Position numbers and translations under genes: made by a program
The notes under the pieces: generated by a model
Told to the model about the DNA's origin: nothing
The model's database searches: none
Seen by the model: only the letters and a program-made list of their open reading frames with translations
NCBI GenBank assembly: GCA_043819795.1
Contig: JBDREN010000126.1
Span: 1 to 64,000, forward strand
From: Elusimicrobiota bacterium
GTDB taxonomy: Bacteria; Elusimicrobiota; Elusimicrobia; UBA1565
Direction of reading: 5' to 3'
Length of the DNA stretch: 64,000 bases
Shown: piece by piece, positions 61,291-64,000 of the stretch
Layout: each line of letters begins with the position of its first letter
How positions within the stretch are numbered: position 1 is the stretch's first letter

Positions 61291-62670
61291 GTGATCGGCA
61301 AGCTGGTCCGTCCCGATTTGCAGGAATTGATCCGCGAGGGCCACTTCATGACTTTAAGGAAGGCCCTCTCTCAATTCCCCCCGCCGGAATTGGCCCGGCT
61401 GCTTTCCGACCTCCCTATTGAAGATCACACGATTCTGTTTCGCGTAATCCCGCGCGAGTTGGCGGCGGATACGTTCCATGAGCTTCCACCTCCCGCCCAA
61501 GAGGCCTTGTTGAAGTCTCTCGGCGACACGCATGTGGCCAAGATACTCAACGAGATGTCCCCGGACGACCGCACTCAGGTCCTGGAAGAATTGCCGGCCC
61601 CGGTGATCAGGCGCCTTCTCAATCTGCTTTCGCCCCCTGAGAGGGCCATCGCCAGCTCCCTGCTCGGATATCCGGAGAACAGCGTCGGAAGGCTCATGAC
61701 GCCGGAGTACGTGGACATCAAAGAAGGCTGGACCGTCAGCGAAGTCCTCGATCACATCCGGAAGTGGGGTCAGGACAGCGAAACCCTGAGTGTCGTGTAC
61801 ATAACGGACGGAAGGGGCGCGCTTATCGACGACATCGACATCAGGGACATCCTGCTCTCTCCCCCTGGGCGCAGGATTTCGGCCATAGCGGACCACAGGT
61901 TCGTGTCTTTGAAAGCGACGGACGACCAGGAGTCGGCCGTCGCCGTCTTTAAGGCGCATGGACGTGTCGCGCTGCCCGTGACGGACACCTCCGGCGTCCT
62001 GATCGGGATCGTGACCATCGACGACGTGCTGGACGTCGCGGAAGAGGAAGCGACCGAAGACTTCCACAAGATCGCGGGCTCCGGGACCTTCACCGAGCCG
62101 TATTTGGACCTCCCCCTGCTCACCATGGCCAGGAAGCGCGGCGGCTGGCTCATGGTGCTGTTCGTGTCCGAGATGCTCACCACGACCGCCATGGCGCATT
62201 TCGAGCATGAGATCGCGCGCGCCGTGATCCTCGCCGTATTCATTCCCCTCATCATCTCCACCGGAGGGAACTCCGGATCCCAAGCCGCCACATTGGTCGT
62301 GCGCGCCATGGCCATCGGGGAGGTCGGCCTCCGCCATTGGTGGCGGATCATGCGCAGAGAACTCGCATGCGGAATGATCCTGGGAGCGATGCTCGGGGCC
62401 TGCGGCTTTGTGCGCATAGCGCTGTGGACCAGCGTATCGTCAGTCTACGGCGAGCATTGGCCGCTCATCGGCACGACGGTCGCGTTGTCGTTGGTCGGCG
62501 TAACGGTCTGGGGAACGCTGTCAGGTTCCATGCTCCCGCTTGTCATCAAGCGGCTGAAAATGGACCCCGCCACGGCCTCCGCTCCGTTCGTCGCCACGAT
62601 CGTCGATGTCGCGGGCATCCTCCTCTACTTCGGCCTCGCGATGCTGCTCCTCAAAGGCACGCTGCTATGA
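61291..62670 (+). CDS. mgtE: Magnesium transporter MgtE
   Basis: M.PDDR, YPENSVGRLMTPEY, CBS pair, GGNSGSQA, DPATASAPFVATIVDV. Confidence 0.95.
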   Translation: MIGKLVRPDLQELIREGHFMTLRKALSQFPPPELARLLSDLPIEDHTILFRVIPRELAADTFHELPPPAQEALLKSLGDTHVAKILNEMSPDDRTQVLEELPAPVIRRLLNLLSPPERAIASSLLGYPENSVGRLMTPEYVDIKEGWTVSEVLDHIRKWGQDSETLSVVYITDGRGALIDDIDIRDILLSPPGRRISAIADHRFVSLKATDDQESAVAVFKAHGRVALPVTDTSGVLIGIVTIDDVLDVAEEEATEDFHKIAGSGTFTEPYLDLPLLTMARKRGGWLMVLFVSEMLTTTAMAHFEHEIARAVILAVFIPLIISTGGNSGSQAATLVVRAMAIGEVGLRHWWRIMRRELACGMILGAMLGACGFVRIALWTSVSSVYGEHWPLIGTTVALSLVGVTVWGTLSGSMLPLVIKRLKMDPATASAPFVATIVDVAGILLYFGLAMLLLKGTLL

Positions 62671-62758
62671 GCCGGAATGAGCCGCCCCCCGGCGCGTTTC
62701 AGATAGCACAACGACGCCTTGCGCCGAGCGCGCAGCGACATGGCGGGGAAGGAGATCA

Positions 62759-64000
62759 ATGATGGAATCGACCTCGAAAGACGAACCGCCAGGGCCCGGC
62801 ATCGTCCGGCAGCGAGAAAAGACCTCCCCGAGCTCACGCCTGCCCTTCCTCTGCCTGGCCGCGCTCGGAATAGTCTACGGCGATATCGGGACCAGCCCCC
62901 TCTACGCGATCCGCGAATGCTTCCACGGCCCGCACTCCGTCGCCGTGAGCCCGGCGAATGTCCTGGGGGTGCTGTCCCTGATCTTCTGGTCCCTGGTGAT
63001 CGTGGTGAGCATCAAGTACCTGGGATATGTGCTCCGGGCCGACAACCGGGGCGAGGGCGGCATCCTGGCGCTCATGACCCTTGTCAGGGTTCACAACGGC
63101 TGGCCGCGGAAAGCCGTCCTCGGCCTTGGGCTCTTTGGAGCCGCCCTGCTCTATGGAGACGGCATGCTCACCCCGGCCATATCCGTGCTGAGCGCGGTCG
63201 AGGGCCTTGAGGTGGCCACCCCTGTGTTCGCGCCGTACATCGTCCCGGCCACCGTCGCGATGCTCACGCTCCTCTTCTTCTTTCAAAAGCGCGGGACATC
63301 CGGGGTGGGCGCCGTGTTCGGACCGGTCATGATCATCTGGTTCGCCTGCCTGGGCATGCTTGGATTGGGCGGCATCGTGCGCGAGCCGGGCGTCCTGGCG
63401 GCGGTCGACCCGGCTTACGCCGTCGGCTTTTTCCATGCCAACGGCATGGCCGGCTACCTGGTGCTCGGGGCGGTGTTTCTGGTCGTGACCGGGAGCGAGG
63501 CGCTCTACGCGGATCTCGGGCATTTCACGAGGCGTCCCATATTGATCACCTGGTTCTGCGTGGCGGGTCCCGGGCTCCTGCTCAACTACTTCGGGCAGGG
63601 GGCGTTGCTGCTCCGAAATCCCGCCGCGGCGCACAACCCGTTCTATCGCTTGGCCCCTCAATGGGCGCTTTTCCCCCTCGTCTGCCTCTCGACGATAGCC
63701 GCGGTCATCGCATCGCAAGCCGTGATCACCGGCGTATTCTCCCTCACCCGGCAAGCCGTCCAGCTCGGCTACGCCCCGCGCATGGCCATCATCCACACCT
63801 CCGCCCATGAACGAGGCCAGATATACATGCCGGTCGCCAACTGGCTTCTGCTGGCCTGCACATTGATGCTCGTGCTCGCGTTCCGCAGGTCCAGCGATCT
63901 GGCCGCGGCATACGGGATAGCGGTCTCTCTGACGATGATCATAACCACCTTGCTGGCCCACATCGCCGCGCGCCAACGCTGGCGATGGAGACTGCCGGCG
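62759..64000 (+). CDS. kup: Kup potassium transporter (runs off the window)
   Basis: Manual translation, absent from the ORF track: AALGIVYGDIGTSPLYA, ADNRGEGG, YGDGMLTPAISVLSAVEGL, EALYADLGHF, GQIYMP; AAGGAG RBS. Confidence 0.95.
   Translation, partial: MMESTSKDEPPGPGIVRQREKTSPSSRLPFLCLAALGIVYGDIGTSPLYAIRECFHGPHSVAVSPANVLGVLSLIFWSLVIVVSIKYLGYVLRADNRGEGGILALMTLVRVHNGWPRKAVLGLGLFGAALLYGDGMLTPAISVLSAVEGLEVATPVFAPYIVPATVAMLTLLFFFQKRGTSGVGAVFGPVMIIWFACLGMLGLGGIVREPGVLAAVDPAYAVGFFHANGMAGYLVLGAVFLVVTGSEALYADLGHFTRRPILITWFCVAGPGLLLNYFGQGALLLRNPAAAHNPFYRLAPQWALFPLVCLSTIAAVIASQAVITGVFSLTRQAVQLGYAPRMAIIHTSAHERGQIYMPVANWLLLACTLMLVLAFRRSSDLAAAYGIAVSLTMIITTLLAHIAARQRWRWRLPA

Noticed and set aside
61121..62758. 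M-box riboswitch before mgtE or c-di-AMP riboswitch before kup
   Set aside because: No recognisable consensus by eye and the leaders are short; an Rfam/Infernal scan would settle it.

Overview
High-GC (about 65-70% by eye) bacterial chromosomal window, densely coded, with no CRISPR array, rRNA or intact mobile element. The gene mix (TPR-ectodomain Ser/Thr kinase, HTH_17-REC regulator, bacterial topoisomerase VI, FtcD) suggests an uncultured diderm such as Elusimicrobiota; this is inference only. Left to right: glgX remnant; lipid-modification trio (one gene low-GC); ygiQ and rhlE; two convergent arsenic operons; two tandem membrane-anchored degenerate Hsp90/HtpG-like genes convergent with top6B-top6A; HAD hydrolase, secreted phosphatase, TerB-like/trypsin fusion, ABC-F, TPR protein, ftcD; ECF sigma/anti-sigma/bactofilin-like operon; CdaA-YbbR fusion coupled to a DHH phosphoesterase; iolB; a tandem duplication holding two collagen-like genes with the same promoter and N-terminus but unrelated C-terminal domains; heterodimeric ABC exporter; TPR kinase; a same-strand run of SRPBCC, pepN, GIY-YIG-like, sodN, GlmU-like, DUF692 (MNIO), DUF2063, tldD, pmbA and a Cys-rich ORF; tRNA-Val(CAC); a secreted lectin-like protein; an integrase remnant; and a lower-GC block with two-component genes, small ORFs, DedA, mgtE and kup (cut by the window edge). 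Best candidates for an undescribed system: (1) the MNIO/DUF2063 pair with no obvious precursor, flanked by TldDE, secreted PepN and NiSOD; (2) the membrane-anchored pseudo-Hsp90 pair; (3) the constant-stalk/variable-tip collagen cassette. All family calls come from motif recognition by eye, not database searches.
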